Positions 27,197-38,102 of a stretch of DNA of 64,000 nt are shown here, piece after piece (within the stretch, counting starts at the first letter, position 1; each line of letters starts with the position of its first letter). The notes below the pieces were generated by a model, which saw only the letters and a program-made list of their open reading frames with translations, made no database searches and was not told where the DNA came from. Location of the stretch: the NCBI GenBank assembly GCA_034189385.1, contig JAXHVD010000010.1, positions 1 through 64,000 on the forward strand, given 5' to 3'. The stretch comes from Thermodesulfobacteriota bacterium (GTDB taxonomy: Bacteria; Desulfobacterota; Desulfobacteria; Desulfobacterales; C00003060). A program made the translations under genes and the position numbers.

Positions 27197-27531
27197 ATCT
27201 CTCTCCTTTGAAGCGACATCAGAGGGCCCAACAACCCCAAGCCAGCCGAACATGCGGCACACTTTAGCCGTTCCGGTTAGCCTGAGATACTATTAGCCCC
27301 CAGAGGAGATTCATGTCAACGGCTTTAGAACCATGGGGTTTTGTGACCGCCTGCCGAAGAAGGAAAGGGCGGACGTTAAACAGGAAAGGCCCTCATCGCT
27401 GCCGCAGTCTGGCAGGCTGGGACCGTTTTCAGTTGACTAATCTCTCTACATATGTTTAGGAGTGACTTTCGCGCTGGTTGTGGCGAAAGGTCTTTGAATC
27501 TGTGCCAAAAACCATGGAGGGAGGAAGAGCG

Positions 27532-28506
27532 ATGAAGCGTACGTGTACTGTTGTTCTCTGTTTGGGTCTCGCGGTTGGGCTGCTGTCGGCACCACCTGCC
27601 CAGGCATTAGACTTGCCCTTGGGCTTAAATCTGGGTTTTACCACCTTTCTTGATGGAGGGCCGCCTGCTGGTCCGGGATGGTACTTTACGCAGTATGGAC
27701 AGCTCCTTAATACAGATGAATGGAAAGACGACGATGGGAAAGAAACCTTGCCCTTCTCTCAGGATGTGGCGGCTTGGATCAGTCTTTCCCAGGTCATCTA
27801 TCAGTCGGACCGGGAGGTGCTGTTGGGCGGAAAATGGGGGCTGGACGTGATCCTGCCCTGTGTTGGCATCGATCTAGACCCCGAGGACGTGGGCCCTCCC
27901 TATTTGAACTTGAACGCCCGCTCAGGATTTGGAGATCTCCTCGTGGGCCCCTATCTGCAATGGGATCCCATCATGGGAAAGAATGGACCTATCTTCATGC
28001 ATCGAATTGAATTCCAATGCATTTTTCCCACAGGTGAATACGACGAGGATCGTGTGCTCAACAGCGGGAGCAACGTCTTTTCTTTTAATCCTTACTGGGC
28101 GGGGACCCTGTTTATCACTCCTAAGTGGACTGCTTCCTGGCGGCTGCACTATCTGTGGAACGATGAAAATGATGACCCCAATTGGGTCCAACAATTAGTC
28201 TACGGCCCGATCGATGACGTCCAGGCCGGCCAGGCCATCCATGCCAACTTCGCATGCGCTTACGAGCTGGTACCGAAAACCTTTCGAGTGGGAATAAACG
28301 GCTACTATCTCAAACAAATTACAGAGACAGAGGCCGACGGTGAGGACGTGGATGATACAGAGGAGCAAGTCCTCGCTCTAGGCCCAGGGGCCGTCTGGCA
28401 CATTAACCGGGATAACCATCTTTTCTTTAACACCTATTTTGAGACAGAGGCCGAGATGCGACCAGAAGGCTACCGGCTGAACCTCCGCTGGGTCCATCAC
28501 TTCTAG
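27532..28506 (+). CDS. Outer-membrane beta-barrel of the MetA-pathway-of-phenol-degradation (COG4313/SphA-like) family
   Basis: Signal peptide ending [26 protein letters not shown] and a C-terminal Phe. Confidence 0.8.
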   Translation: MKRTCTVVLCLGLAVGLLSAPPAQALDLPLGLNLGFTTFLDGGPPAGPGWYFTQYGQLLNTDEWKDDDGKETLPFSQDVAAWISLSQVIYQSDREVLLGGKWGLDVILPCVGIDLDPEDVGPPYLNLNARSGFGDLLVGPYLQWDPIMGKNGPIFMHRIEFQCIFPTGEYDEDRVLNSGSNVFSFNPYWAGTLFITPKWTASWRLHYLWNDENDDPNWVQQLVYGPIDDVQAGQAIHANFACAYELVPKTFRVGINGYYLKQITETEADGEDVDDTEEQVLALGPGAVWHINRDNHLFFNTYFETEAEMRPEGYRLNLRWVHHF

Positions 28507-28739
28507 GCGGGCGGCATCCCTTGTCAGTTGGCCTGGAGGGACACCCTCTGGGAAAGCCCTCTCTTTTCGGGCTGTGACAGGCACAAGGGGCCAAGGACAA
28601 TCAGATTGCGGCCTCCGGGTTCACCTTCCGCCCGGAGGCCTTCTCTTCTATCCCCACGTTTCTGGAATACCAAATGCCATCTATCAAAGGCCTGCAGAGT
28701 CCGCCTGCAGGGCTGGTGCCTTCTCCAAGTCTATCTATT

Positions 28740-28768
28740 TTGACATATTGATCTTTTTGTCCTATTAT
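28740..28768 (+). promoter_or_regulatory. Sigma70 promoter
   Basis: TTGACA-17-TATTAT upstream of the diguanylate cyclase. Confidence 0.6.
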
Positions 28769-28895
28769 AGTGTTTCCGTCGCAAAGCAGTGCTTGGGACA
28801 AGATGACATCGTAGTAGATGGTGACCCCGGTGAAAAGAGGGGTCCAGGAAAGGGTTGTAAAGTGGCCTTAGAAGCTATCAGAAAGGGAGATAGGA

Positions 28896-29795
28896 GTGCG
28901 GGTACTTATCGCTGACGACGATCCGGTGGCCAGAAGAATGCTGGAAGGGTTGTTAGGCAAATGCGGCTACGATGTCTTGTCTACCCGTGACGGCAGGGAA
29001 GCCCTGGAAGAGCTCCAGAAGCCGGACGGGCCCAGCCTCGTTATCTCGGACTGGATGATGCCAGGGATGGATGGTCTGGAACTCTGTCGCAAGAGCCGCG
29101 AATTGGACAGATCGGACTATATATACTTCATCATCCTGACGACAAAGGGCGAAAAGGAAGATACTGTCCAGGGTCTGGAAGCAGGGGCAGATGACTATCT
29201 GGTCAAACCCTTTAACCAAGAAGAACTCAGATGTCGTGTTAAGATAGGAGAAAGGATCCTCGATCTGGAGCGTCGGATACTTCAATTGGCATCCACAGAT
29301 ACGCTGACCGGTGCCCTGAATAGAAGGGTATTCATAGAAAGGATGGAGACGGAGATCTACCGGGCCGGTCGGCAGAGCACGCCGTTTTCTCTCCTCATGG
29401 TAGACATTGACCATTTCAAGGAGATCAATGACAGATTTGGTCATCAGGCCGGGGACCTTGTGCTTGAGAGGTTTGTGAAAAGGCTGTCAGAATCTGTGAG
29501 GCCCTACGATTTCTTGGGACGCTATGGCGGCGAAGAGTTTGTTTTAGGGTTGGCAGGAGCAGATGTTGTTCAGGCCACGACCATTGCAGAAAGGATGCGC
29601 AAGGGGATCGAGGAAATGAACATCGGGCTGGCCGACGGCCAGGAGTCCATTCACATCACAGCGAGCTTTGGGGTGGCTTCTGTGCAGCTGGGATCAGAAG
29701 AGACAGTGGACTCTCTTACCTGGCGCGCAGATGAGGCCATGTACAGGGCCAAGGCTGGGGGAAGAAATCGCGTTTGTGCAGCAAGTGAGAAATGA
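28896..29795 (+). CDS. Response-regulator diguanylate cyclase (REC-GGDEF)
   Basis: IADDD, DWMMP and KPF in the receiver domain. RPYD I-site and GGEEF active site. Confidence 0.95.
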   Translation: MRVLIADDDPVARRMLEGLLGKCGYDVLSTRDGREALEELQKPDGPSLVISDWMMPGMDGLELCRKSRELDRSDYIYFIILTTKGEKEDTVQGLEAGADDYLVKPFNQEELRCRVKIGERILDLERRILQLASTDTLTGALNRRVFIERMETEIYRAGRQSTPFSLLMVDIDHFKEINDRFGHQAGDLVLERFVKRLSESVRPYDFLGRYGGEEFVLGLAGADVVQATTIAERMRKGIEEMNIGLADGQESIHITASFGVASVQLGSEETVDSLTWRADEAMYRAKAGGRNRVCAASEK

Positions 29796-29798
29796 CGC

Positions 29799-31664
29799 CT
29801 AATCACTCCGGATCTTCACCCCTGCCATGACCCAGCGCCCTGGCATGGGTGCAAAACCGGCCTCCACGTATTCCTTGTCAAAGAGATTGGTCACCTCCAG
29901 AAAGAGCTCGTATGTCCCCCTTTCATATGTCAGGCGCGTATCCACCACCACATGAGAGTCATGGACCATCCGTTTTTCGTACCGAGCCTGCAAGACCTGG
30001 GTCAGACTATCCAGCCAATCCAACGTGATGAAACCGTGGACCTGGTGGCGTAGGTGATCTAGGACATACTTGGATTCCAGCCCCCCAGTATCCCAGTCCG
30101 AGTCCAGATAGGTATAGGAAAGATGTAGAGTTGAGATGACAGTATTCGTGAGATAGGCTTCTGGATAAAAATCAACCCCCACTTCAAACCCTATAGTCCT
30201 GTTCTCTGCCACGTTTTGGGCCTTCCAGGGGTCCAGATCGGAGCTGCGGGTCCAATCGATCACATCTTCTGCATCGCGCAAGAAGAGGCTGAGATTTCCC
30301 TTGAGCCCTTTTTGACGCCACCGAAGGCCGGTCTCGTAAGTCCAGGCCCGTTCAGGCTGGAGGTCCGGATTGCCCTGGTTTGCCGGTGTGTCGTAATAGA
30401 GCTCTGTGTAGGTAGGGATGCGGAAGGACCTTCCCAGGGAGGCAAACCCATTGAGCCCATCTTTTACGGCCAGGTTCCATTCCACACCTGGCCAGTATTC
30501 CCAGCCCCAATCGCTGTAGTCCATGGCAGAGGCCCCAATTCCAAAGGTGCACCGGTCCGTTGGACGGAATTTGTGCTCAAGAGATAGTCCGCGGCGATGA
30601 CGGTTGTGGTCGCCCAGGTTGGAGCTTTCCAGGTCTTCAAAGGCAATCTCACCGCCCACGGCCGTGACCCCCCATGGCCATAGGAGCCGGGAACTCAGCT
30701 GCACCCCGTAGGAATCGCTCCGGTGTTTGTTTTGGTGCCAATCGTCTGTGATCTGAATCTTGAAGTCATCATGATGGCGTCGCCAAAATACCCTGGGCAT
30801 GACTTCCAGATCGGCCATCCTCAAATGGGCGCTGCCGTGAGCCAACAGGGTGTCTGTTCGCTCCCGCTGGTTTGGATAGGCATCCGTATAGAAGCGATAG
30901 GCGCCAAAATCTTTGTCCGTATACCCCAAATTCAGGAGAAATTCGTGGTTTTCCGTGTCTATGCTCCCCTTGTAGGCCCATGTCTTGACGTCAAAATCGG
31001 TCTCTTCCTCTGGGATGTGGCCCGTGGAAGAACGTCCAGACAGGGAGACCCCATGGGACATGGGGCCGATCTTGAGGGCCCCACTGGCACCCACATCAAG
31101 ATAATCGTAGTCGCCGTATGTCACATGTCCGGCCACCCCACGCTCACCAACACCTCCCGTGATAATGTTGATGACCCCTGCCATGGCGTTGTGACCGTAG
31201 ATTCTTGCCCCCGGGCCTTTTAGAATCTCAATGCGCTCCACATCGTCAAGGTTGACGGGCAAGTCCAGGTTGTGGTGCCCCGTCTGCGCATCACTGACAT
31301 TCACACCGTCTACCAGAATCAACGTCTGCTCAAAGGAGCTGCCGCGGATGGCCACATCGGCCTGGACGCCATGGCCCCCGCGCTGGCGCACGTCCACGCC
31401 GCTCACGGTCTCCAGAAGGTCTGCCATGTTGTCCACAGGTAGGGCCTCGATCTCTTCTCGAGTCATGATGGTGACAGCATGGCCGATCCTTGAAAGGTGT
31501 TCAGGGATATGGGTGCCCGTCACCACGACAGGATCCAATGTGTAACAAGGGGAATCTTCTTGGGCCATTGCAAGACCATAGGGCGCTAGAATCAGACACA
31601 GGGTGACGATCACCATTTGTATCTGGCGTGGCCATGGCGTCTTTTCAATATGAGGGTTGGCCAA
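29799..31664 (-). CDS. TonB-dependent receptor (BtuB-like)
   Basis: Signal peptide, TonB box DPVVVTG, plug motifs IRG and ERIEILKGP, NPDLQPE, and C-terminal NLFDKEY...PGR. Confidence 0.93.
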   Translation of the reverse strand: MANPHIEKTPWPRQIQMVIVTLCLILAPYGLAMAQEDSPCYTLDPVVVTGTHIPEHLSRIGHAVTIMTREEIEALPVDNMADLLETVSGVDVRQRGGHGVQADVAIRGSSFEQTLILVDGVNVSDAQTGHHNLDLPVNLDDVERIEILKGPGARIYGHNAMAGVINIITGGVGERGVAGHVTYGDYDYLDVGASGALKIGPMSHGVSLSGRSSTGHIPEEETDFDVKTWAYKGSIDTENHEFLLNLGYTDKDFGAYRFYTDAYPNQRERTDTLLAHGSAHLRMADLEVMPRVFWRRHHDDFKIQITDDWHQNKHRSDSYGVQLSSRLLWPWGVTAVGGEIAFEDLESSNLGDHNRHRRGLSLEHKFRPTDRCTFGIGASAMDYSDWGWEYWPGVEWNLAVKDGLNGFASLGRSFRIPTYTELYYDTPANQGNPDLQPERAWTYETGLRWRQKGLKGNLSLFLRDAEDVIDWTRSSDLDPWKAQNVAENRTIGFEVGVDFYPEAYLTNTVISTLHLSYTYLDSDWDTGGLESKYVLDHLRHQVHGFITLDWLDSLTQVLQARYEKRMVHDSHVVVDTRLTYERGTYELFLEVTNLFDKEYVEAGFAPMPGRWVMAGVKIRSD

Positions 31665-31739
31665 AAAGAGACTCCTTACCAGATTGGATGAGTGCTGGCA
31701 GACAACGGGGGATGGATGCCGTGAGCGTCACGACAGGGG

Positions 31740-33113
31740 CTAGTTGACAAGGCTTTGCGTGGGCGCAGGGATCCTCCCTCCCAGACGGATGAAGTTGTCA
31801 GAACTGCCATCGTTTTGAACGGAGAGGATCGTGGCCTCGCCCAAAAGCCCTCCAAAGTGGGCCTTCTCCCCCGCCTTTTTCCCAGGCACTGGGATGAGCC
31901 GTGTGGCAGTGGTCTTCCTGTTGATGACACCAATGGCCATTTCATCGGCCATCATGGCCGCCAGGGTCTCGGCAGACGTGTCTCCCGGAAGGGCCACCAT
32001 GTCCAGCCCAACAGAGCACACACTGGTCATGGCCTCAAGTTTTTCCAATGACAAGAACCCCAGGCGGGCGGCCTCCGAGATATTGATGTCTTCGCTCACA
32101 GGAATAAAGGCCCCACTCAATCCTCCCACATAAGAACTGGCAAAGGCCCCGCCTTTTTTCACCGCGTCATTGAGAAGGGCCAAGACGGCAGTGGAACCGG
32201 GAACGCCGATGCTCACCAGCCCCAGACTTTGAAAGATTTCTCCCACGCTGTCTCCCACATTGGGTGTAGGGGCCAAAGAGAGGTCGGCCACGCCAAAGGG
32301 GACGTCCAGCTGCTCGGCCACTTCCCTCCCGATCAGTTCTCCTACACGGGTCACCTTAAAGGCGGTCCTCTTGATGATCTCCGATATTTGTCCCAGTGTG
32401 AGGGACGGATTGGCCTCCCGTGCCCGGTCAATGGCCTTTCTCACAACCCCGGGCCCGCTGACGCCCACATTAATCACGGCCCCGGGCTCCCCAACGCCGA
32501 GATAGGCCCCGGCCATGAAAGGGATGTCTTGGGGGATGTTGGCGAAAACGCATAGCTTGGCGCAGGCGAGGCCGTCCGATTCGGCTGAATGTTCTGCTGC
32601 CGTCTTTATGGCTTTGCCCATGAGATAGACAGCGTCCATATTGATACCGGCCCGGGTGGAAGCCACGTTTACAGAGGCACAGACCCGTTCGGTCTCGGAC
32701 AATGCCTGGGGGATGGCTTCAATCAGGGCCAAATCACTCTTGGCGAATCCCTTCTCCACCAGGGCGCTGAACCCACCGATAAAGTCCACACTCACCTCCC
32801 GAGCAGACCTGTCCAGGGTTTTGGCAATGCTTACCAGCTGTGCCGACGAAAAGGGGGCCGCGGCTACGGCAATGGGGCTTACGGAGATTCTCTTGTTCAC
32901 CACGGGAATGCCATACTTGTCGCCTACGTCATCGCAAATCTGCACCAAGTCCCTGCCCAGTCCACAGATCTTGTCTTGGATCTTTTTCCTAAAAGAGTCC
33001 TCGTCATGGCTGGCGCAATCCAGAAGACTGATCCCCAGCGTGACGGTGCGCACGTCGAGGTGTTCATTTCTTAACATTTCCAAGGTAGAGAGTACTTCCC
33101 TGTCAGTTAGCAT
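31740..33113 (-). CDS. DUF711 / UPF0210 (PFL-like fold) protein
   Basis: LDVRTVTLGISL, NKRISVSP, GVSGPGVV, GGLSGAFIPVSED and CSVGLDM motifs. Confidence 0.93.
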   Translation of the reverse strand: MLTDREVLSTLEMLRNEHLDVRTVTLGISLLDCASHDEDSFRKKIQDKICGLGRDLVQICDDVGDKYGIPVVNKRISVSPIAVAAAPFSSAQLVSIAKTLDRSAREVSVDFIGGFSALVEKGFAKSDLALIEAIPQALSETERVCASVNVASTRAGINMDAVYLMGKAIKTAAEHSAESDGLACAKLCVFANIPQDIPFMAGAYLGVGEPGAVINVGVSGPGVVRKAIDRAREANPSLTLGQISEIIKRTAFKVTRVGELIGREVAEQLDVPFGVADLSLAPTPNVGDSVGEIFQSLGLVSIGVPGSTAVLALLNDAVKKGGAFASSYVGGLSGAFIPVSEDINISEAARLGFLSLEKLEAMTSVCSVGLDMVALPGDTSAETLAAMMADEMAIGVINRKTTATRLIPVPGKKAGEKAHFGGLLGEATILSVQNDGSSDNFIRLGGRIPAPTQSLVN

Positions 33114-33156
33114 GACAATTCCTCTTCATAATAAGGGTTCTCTGGGAGTTTATCGA

Positions 33157-33711
33157 CTACACCCTGTGAATGGCCTCAAAAATATCGCGGTGTTGGAGAC
33201 TCAGGTCCAGTCCCAGCTCTGTGGCCCGCTGCCGAAGGGCCTCCCTGAAGGCCCTGTGGTCTATGTCCGTTGGGATATCCACCTCGTAGATCATGGTGTT
33301 CTGCGTTGGATCGTCTCCTCCGCGGAAGGCCGCCCTGAGGCTCGTGATGTTGCCTCCAAATCGGGCCATCACCTCGGTGATGCCGGAAACCAGGCCCAAG
33401 CGGTCCGGCCCCACGGTGGTCACCACAAAGGGCTCGCTGGCCCTTGGAGCATAGGGTTTGCCGGTGGTCTCAAGGGGCTTCACCATCACGTGAAGTCCGA
33501 GGGGGGTGAGGCCCTCTTCTAGTCGGCAGAGAAGGTCTTCCAGTTGAAGCCCCTCTGGAATGGAGACGATAAAAATGCTCGTAAACTCCGTCTGCAGCAC
33601 GGTCTGCGTCACATCTTCAATATTGCAGCTGTTCTCAAAGAGCACTTTAGAGGCCGTAGCCACAATGCCGGGGCGATCTGTTCCCAGTATAGAGATCACT
33701 ACCTTTGTCAT
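33157..33711 (-). CDS. Double ACT-domain protein (GcvR-like)
   Basis: GTDRPGIV and GPDRLGLV ACT motifs. The tail QHRDIFEAIHRV is typical of the DUF711 partner protein. Confidence 0.88.
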   Translation of the reverse strand: MTKVVISILGTDRPGIVATASKVLFENSCNIEDVTQTVLQTEFTSIFIVSIPEGLQLEDLLCRLEEGLTPLGLHVMVKPLETTGKPYAPRASEPFVVTTVGPDRLGLVSGITEVMARFGGNITSLRAAFRGGDDPTQNTMIYEVDIPTDIDHRAFREALRQRATELGLDLSLQHRDIFEAIHRV

Positions 33712-33922
33712 AAACCATCTCCTCTCGGCTGGCAAGACGCTGCCAGAGTGCCAAAAGACGCTAGCGTCATCGCCCAGAAAAGTCAATATTGACAAGGGGG
33801 CACAGGTTTTTTTGCAATTTCATCATGACTCCAGGGGACACAAATGATAAAAGCAGGCCTGGTCCTGAACCGGACCACGGCCTCCTGCGCGTTGCCCGGA
33901 ATCGGCCTAAAGGCCCTTTGCT

Positions 33923-34789
33923 ATGTCTGAAGAACGCCCCAAAAAAGAGGAATCAACCCCTGACCGCTTCCGCGAAACCTTGCAGTTTTACTTGATTGAC
34001 TGCAAGACCGCCTTGGGCAAGCTCATCGATATTGTCATCATCTTTTTAAACCTGGTTGTCTGCGCCATTGTGGTCATTGAAACCTACCCTATTTCAGACG
34101 CCGCCAAGGCCTTCCTGTGGAAGGCAGAGGTACTGATAGTATTGTTCTTCATCGTTGAGTACGGAGCAAGGCTCTACGGCGCCAGGAGCAGACTGCAGCA
34201 ACTCAGGGACGTCTACAGCGTTATTGATCTCATAGCCATATTGCCCACCCTTTCTCTGCTCCTGCTTCCGGCCTTGGGCTTGACACAGCACATTGGCTTC
34301 ATCAAGGTGATCAGGGTGTTGAGGGTCTTCAGGATATTCAGGTTCCTGCGATTTACAGCAGACCCGGACTTCTTTTTTGGCAGTATTAACATGGGGCTTC
34401 TAAACGTGATCAGGCTCTTGATCACCATACTGATGATCTTCTTCATTTCTTCAGGGCTCTTCTTTCAGGTGGAAAGCAGCGTGAACCCAAACGTGCGCAC
34501 CTTTGGCGACGCCTTCTACTTCACCGTAGTGGCCCTCACCACCGTCGGCTTTGGAGACATTATCCCCCTTTCCGAGGCAGGCAAATGGGTCACCGTGATC
34601 ATGATCCTCTCAGGGATCATCCTCATCCCCTGGCAGATAAGCCGTATCATCAGGGAATGGATTCACATGGCCTCCAAGAAGGAGAGCGTCTGCCCTGGGT
34701 GCGGTCTCCGATTTCACGACAAGGATGCCTCCCACTGCAAGTCTTGCGGCCATATCATCTTTCAAGAGTACGACGGCGACGGCTACTAG
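33923..34789 (+). CDS. 6TM ion transporter (voltage-gated K+ channel-like)
   Basis: S4-like RVLRVFRIFRFLR, TVGFGD filter and C-terminal CPGC...CKSC. Confidence 0.92.
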   Translation: MSEERPKKEESTPDRFRETLQFYLIDCKTALGKLIDIVIIFLNLVVCAIVVIETYPISDAAKAFLWKAEVLIVLFFIVEYGARLYGARSRLQQLRDVYSVIDLIAILPTLSLLLLPALGLTQHIGFIKVIRVLRVFRIFRFLRFTADPDFFFGSINMGLLNVIRLLITILMIFFISSGLFFQVESSVNPNVRTFGDAFYFTVVALTTVGFGDIIPLSEAGKWVTVIMILSGIILIPWQISRIIREWIHMASKKESVCPGCGLRFHDKDASHCKSCGHIIFQEYDGDGY

Positions 34790-37700
34790 ATGACCATGAC
34801 AACCACCCTTAGACTCTTTACCAGCAACCGGTTGGAGATTCTGGCTGAGGGATTGGCCGAGATCTTGAAGAGACCCCTTTCATCCCCCCTGGACCAGGAG
34901 ATTATTCTTGTCCAGAGCAAAGGCATGGAGCGCTGGGTGTGCGCTCAACTGGCCAAAGGCCATGGCATCTGCGCAAACTGCAGATTTCCCTTTCCCAATC
35001 GCTTTGTCTATGAAGTCTTTCAAAAGGTCTTTGAAGATCTTCCTAAATGGTCGCCTTTTGACCCAGCAATACTGACCTGGAAGGCCATGAAGCTCCTGCC
35101 GTCTTTGTTCACAAGACCAGGCTTTGAAAGTCTACGTCATTATCTCAAAGGCCCCAAAGAAGAGCTAAAGCGCTTTCAGCTTTGTGAGCGCATTGCAGAC
35201 ACCTTTGACCAGTACCTCCTTTTTCGTCCAGAGATGATTCTCCGATGGGGAGAAAGCAAAGAGGATCACTGGCAGGCTACACTTTGGAGGGCATTGGCAA
35301 AGGGCAATGAAGGCTGGCATCGGCCGGCATTGGCAAAGGCCTTTTTTGAAGCCCTAAAGACCCCTTCCTTCAGGCCAGGGGGTCTGCCCGAAAGGGTCTC
35401 CGTCTTCGGGATATCGGCCCTTCCTCGCTTTCACATGGAGGTCCTTGCCAGCATTTCACGATTTGTTCCGGTGAACCTCTTTCTATTGAATCCCTGCAAA
35501 GAGTACTGGGGAGATATTGTCTCTGACTGGGAGATAGGGCGGACCTTGACGAGAGAAGGGGCTGGAGATTCCAGCGCCGAAGCGCTCCATCTGGAAAAAG
35601 GAAACAGCCTTCTGGCATCCATGGGCAAACTGGGCAGGGATTTCTTCGACATGATACACGACTTTGACTGTGAAGAGATCTCCTCCTTTCAGGATCCTGG
35701 AGGGGGCAGCCTGTTGTCGTCTCTTCAGTCTGACATCCTCCATCTGCAGGAAAGCAGGGCCTCTACAAAAGACAAAAGGGCCATCTCTTGTAATGACATG
35801 TCCATCCAAATCCAGTCCTGTCACAGTCCTATGCGGGAGATAGAAGTCCTTCATGACCATCTGCTTCACATGTTTGAAAAGGATGCCAGCCTACGGCCAA
35901 AGGACGTGCTGGTCATGACGCCCGATATCGACACTTATGCCCCGTACATCCAGGCTGTGTTTGACGTCCAGGCCGATGACGGGAAGCGATTTCCTTACAG
36001 CGTTGCAGATAGAACCGCCAGGAAAGAGAGTAAGCTTGTCGATACCTTCCTTGGCATCCTAGGCCTCTTTGGGAGCCACTTTGGCGTCTCACAGGTCCTC
36101 TCCATTTTGGAGGCCCCGGCAGTACAGCGGAGATTCGGTCTCTTGGAGGTAGACCTTTCCCTTGTCCGCAGGTGGGTCACAGAGACCAGGATCAGATGGG
36201 GAGTGGACAGAGAGGGCCGGGCCCAGTTGGGCCTGCCCGCCCTCTCAGAGAATACCTGGAGGGCGGGCCTGGAAAGGCTGCTACTGGGCTATGCCATGGC
36301 CGGAGAAGGAAGGAGCATTTTTGAAGGTATCCTGCCCTATGATCGTGTGGAAGGCAATGGGGCCCTCATCTTGGGCAAACTTCTCCACTTTGCAGATGAG
36401 CTCTTTGCCTCCGTTCAATCCCTCAACGAACGGCGCACCTTGGAGCAGTGGTCCGAAATGCTCACGGGCCTCCTGGATCGATTTTTCTTACCCGAAGAAG
36501 ACGAAGAACATGAAGCGCAGGTCGTACGGCGCACCCTGAAAGAGCTGGGTGACCTGTCTGGGCCCGACAGGTCGGGTTTCGACGATACCGTGGATTTGTC
36601 AGTCATCAAGTGGTATCTGGCCAGTCGCCTGGAAAGGGAAGGCTTTGGCTTCGGCTTTATTGCCGGCGGCATCACCTTCTGTGCCATGTTGCCCATGAGG
36701 AGCATCCCTTTTAGGATCATCTGCCTTGTAGGGATGAATGGAGATGCCTATCCCAGGCAGTCAAAACCATTGGGGTTTGATTTAATGGCAAAACATCCCA
36801 AGCCAGGGGACCGCTCCCGCCGCAATGATGACAGGTATCTCTTCCTAGAAGCCTTGCTCTCGGCCAGAGAGAGGCTCTACATCAGTTATGTGGGACAAAG
36901 CATCAAGGACAACACCATCATCCCGCCCTCAGTCCTGGTGAGCGAAGTCATGGACTACATCGAGCAAGGCTTTCAGCTCAAGGGGCAAGACATGGCCGAT
37001 CACATCATTACCAGACACCGGCTACAGGCCTTCAGCCCAGCGTATTTCAAGGAAGATGAAAGGCTCTTTAGCTATTCCGAGGCAAACTGTCAGGCCGCCC
37101 AATCTCTTCTGCAACACCGTGAAGAGCCCCGGGCCTTTATCTCCAGAGGCCTTTCGGAGCCAGCTGAGGAGTGGGAAAGAGTTCAGTTGGATGATCTATG
37201 CAGTTTCTTTGGCAATCCAGCCAAGTTCCTCCTCAACAGGCGCCTTGGAATCTATCTTGATACAGCGGCCCCTGTACTTGAAGAACGAGAGTCCTTCCAA
37301 CTCAAGGGGCTTGAAAGGTATCTCCTGGAACAGGGCCTCCTGGAAAAAGGGTTTTCAGGAGGGGACCTCAGAGAACTGGGGCCCCTTATCATGGCCTCTG
37401 GCCAGCTTCCCCACGGGGTGGTGGGAGAATGCGTGTATGAGAAGATCACTCGCGGAGTCGAAAGGTTTCTCCGAAAAACAGAGCCTTACGTCCAAGGTCC
37501 CACTCTCAGGCCCCTTAAAGTAGATCTTGGGCTATCACGCTTCCGCCTCCTTGGAACCATTGGAGGCATCTACCCTGAAAGGGTTGTGCAGTACCGCTAT
37601 GCAAGGGTGAAGGCCAACGATCGTTTGAGATCGTGGATACATCACCTGGTCGTCAATCACCTTCAGGCAGATCATTATCCCAGGACCAGCATACTGGTGG

Positions 37701-38065
37701 GCCTGAGTCCCCAGACTTCAGACCGTAAATGGTCCGCCTGGGAGTATGGCCCTGTGCACAAAAGTGAAGAGATCCTTGTAGACCTACTGGAGACCTACTG
37801 GAAGGGATTAACAGCACCGCTCCATTTCTTACCCGAATCGTCGTGGGCATATGCCCACAGGCGCCTGCAAAAGAAGGCGGCCCCTGAAGAGGCTCTCCAT
37901 CGGGCCCGCAGCCTCTGGGTGGGAAACGATTACAGCCGCGGTGAGGGTGAGGACGCCTATTATCAGATTTGTTTTCGCACCACGGATCCTCTTGACACGG
38001 AATTTGAGCAGCGGGCAGAACAGATCTTTGGCCCCCTTTTGGCGCACCAGAGGGAAGAAAAGTAG
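34790..38065 (+). CDS. recC: Exodeoxyribonuclease V gamma subunit
   Basis: SNRLE, FDQYL.FRP, NPC.EYW, CHSPMREIEVL, PMRSIPF and DDRYLFLEALLSAR motifs. Confidence 0.96.
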   Translation: MTMTTTLRLFTSNRLEILAEGLAEILKRPLSSPLDQEIILVQSKGMERWVCAQLAKGHGICANCRFPFPNRFVYEVFQKVFEDLPKWSPFDPAILTWKAMKLLPSLFTRPGFESLRHYLKGPKEELKRFQLCERIADTFDQYLLFRPEMILRWGESKEDHWQATLWRALAKGNEGWHRPALAKAFFEALKTPSFRPGGLPERVSVFGISALPRFHMEVLASISRFVPVNLFLLNPCKEYWGDIVSDWEIGRTLTREGAGDSSAEALHLEKGNSLLASMGKLGRDFFDMIHDFDCEEISSFQDPGGGSLLSSLQSDILHLQESRASTKDKRAISCNDMSIQIQSCHSPMREIEVLHDHLLHMFEKDASLRPKDVLVMTPDIDTYAPYIQAVFDVQADDGKRFPYSVADRTARKESKLVDTFLGILGLFGSHFGVSQVLSILEAPAVQRRFGLLEVDLSLVRRWVTETRIRWGVDREGRAQLGLPALSENTWRAGLERLLLGYAMAGEGRSIFEGILPYDRVEGNGALILGKLLHFADELFASVQSLNERRTLEQWSEMLTGLLDRFFLPEEDEEHEAQVVRRTLKELGDLSGPDRSGFDDTVDLSVIKWYLASRLEREGFGFGFIAGGITFCAMLPMRSIPFRIICLVGMNGDAYPRQSKPLGFDLMAKHPKPGDRSRRNDDRYLFLEALLSARERLYISYVGQSIKDNTIIPPSVLVSEVMDYIEQGFQLKGQDMADHIITRHRLQAFSPAYFKEDERLFSYSEANCQAAQSLLQHREEPRAFISRGLSEPAEEWERVQLDDLCSFFGNPAKFLLNRRLGIYLDTAAPVLEERESFQLKGLERYLLEQGLLEKGFSGGDLRELGPLIMASGQLPHGVVGECVYEKITRGVERFLRKTEPYVQGPTLRPLKVDLGLSRFRLLGTIGGIYPERVVQYRYARVKANDRLRSWIHHLVVNHLQADHYPRTSILVGLSPQTSDRKWSAWEYGPVHKSEEILVDLLETYWKGLTAPLHFLPESSWAYAHRRLQKKAAPEEALHRARSLWVGNDYSRGEGEDAYYQICFRTTDPLDTEFEQRAEQIFGPLLAHQREEK

Positions 38066-38102
38066 TCTATAAAAAAAGCAGCCTAATGCTATTGGACAAA
38101 AA

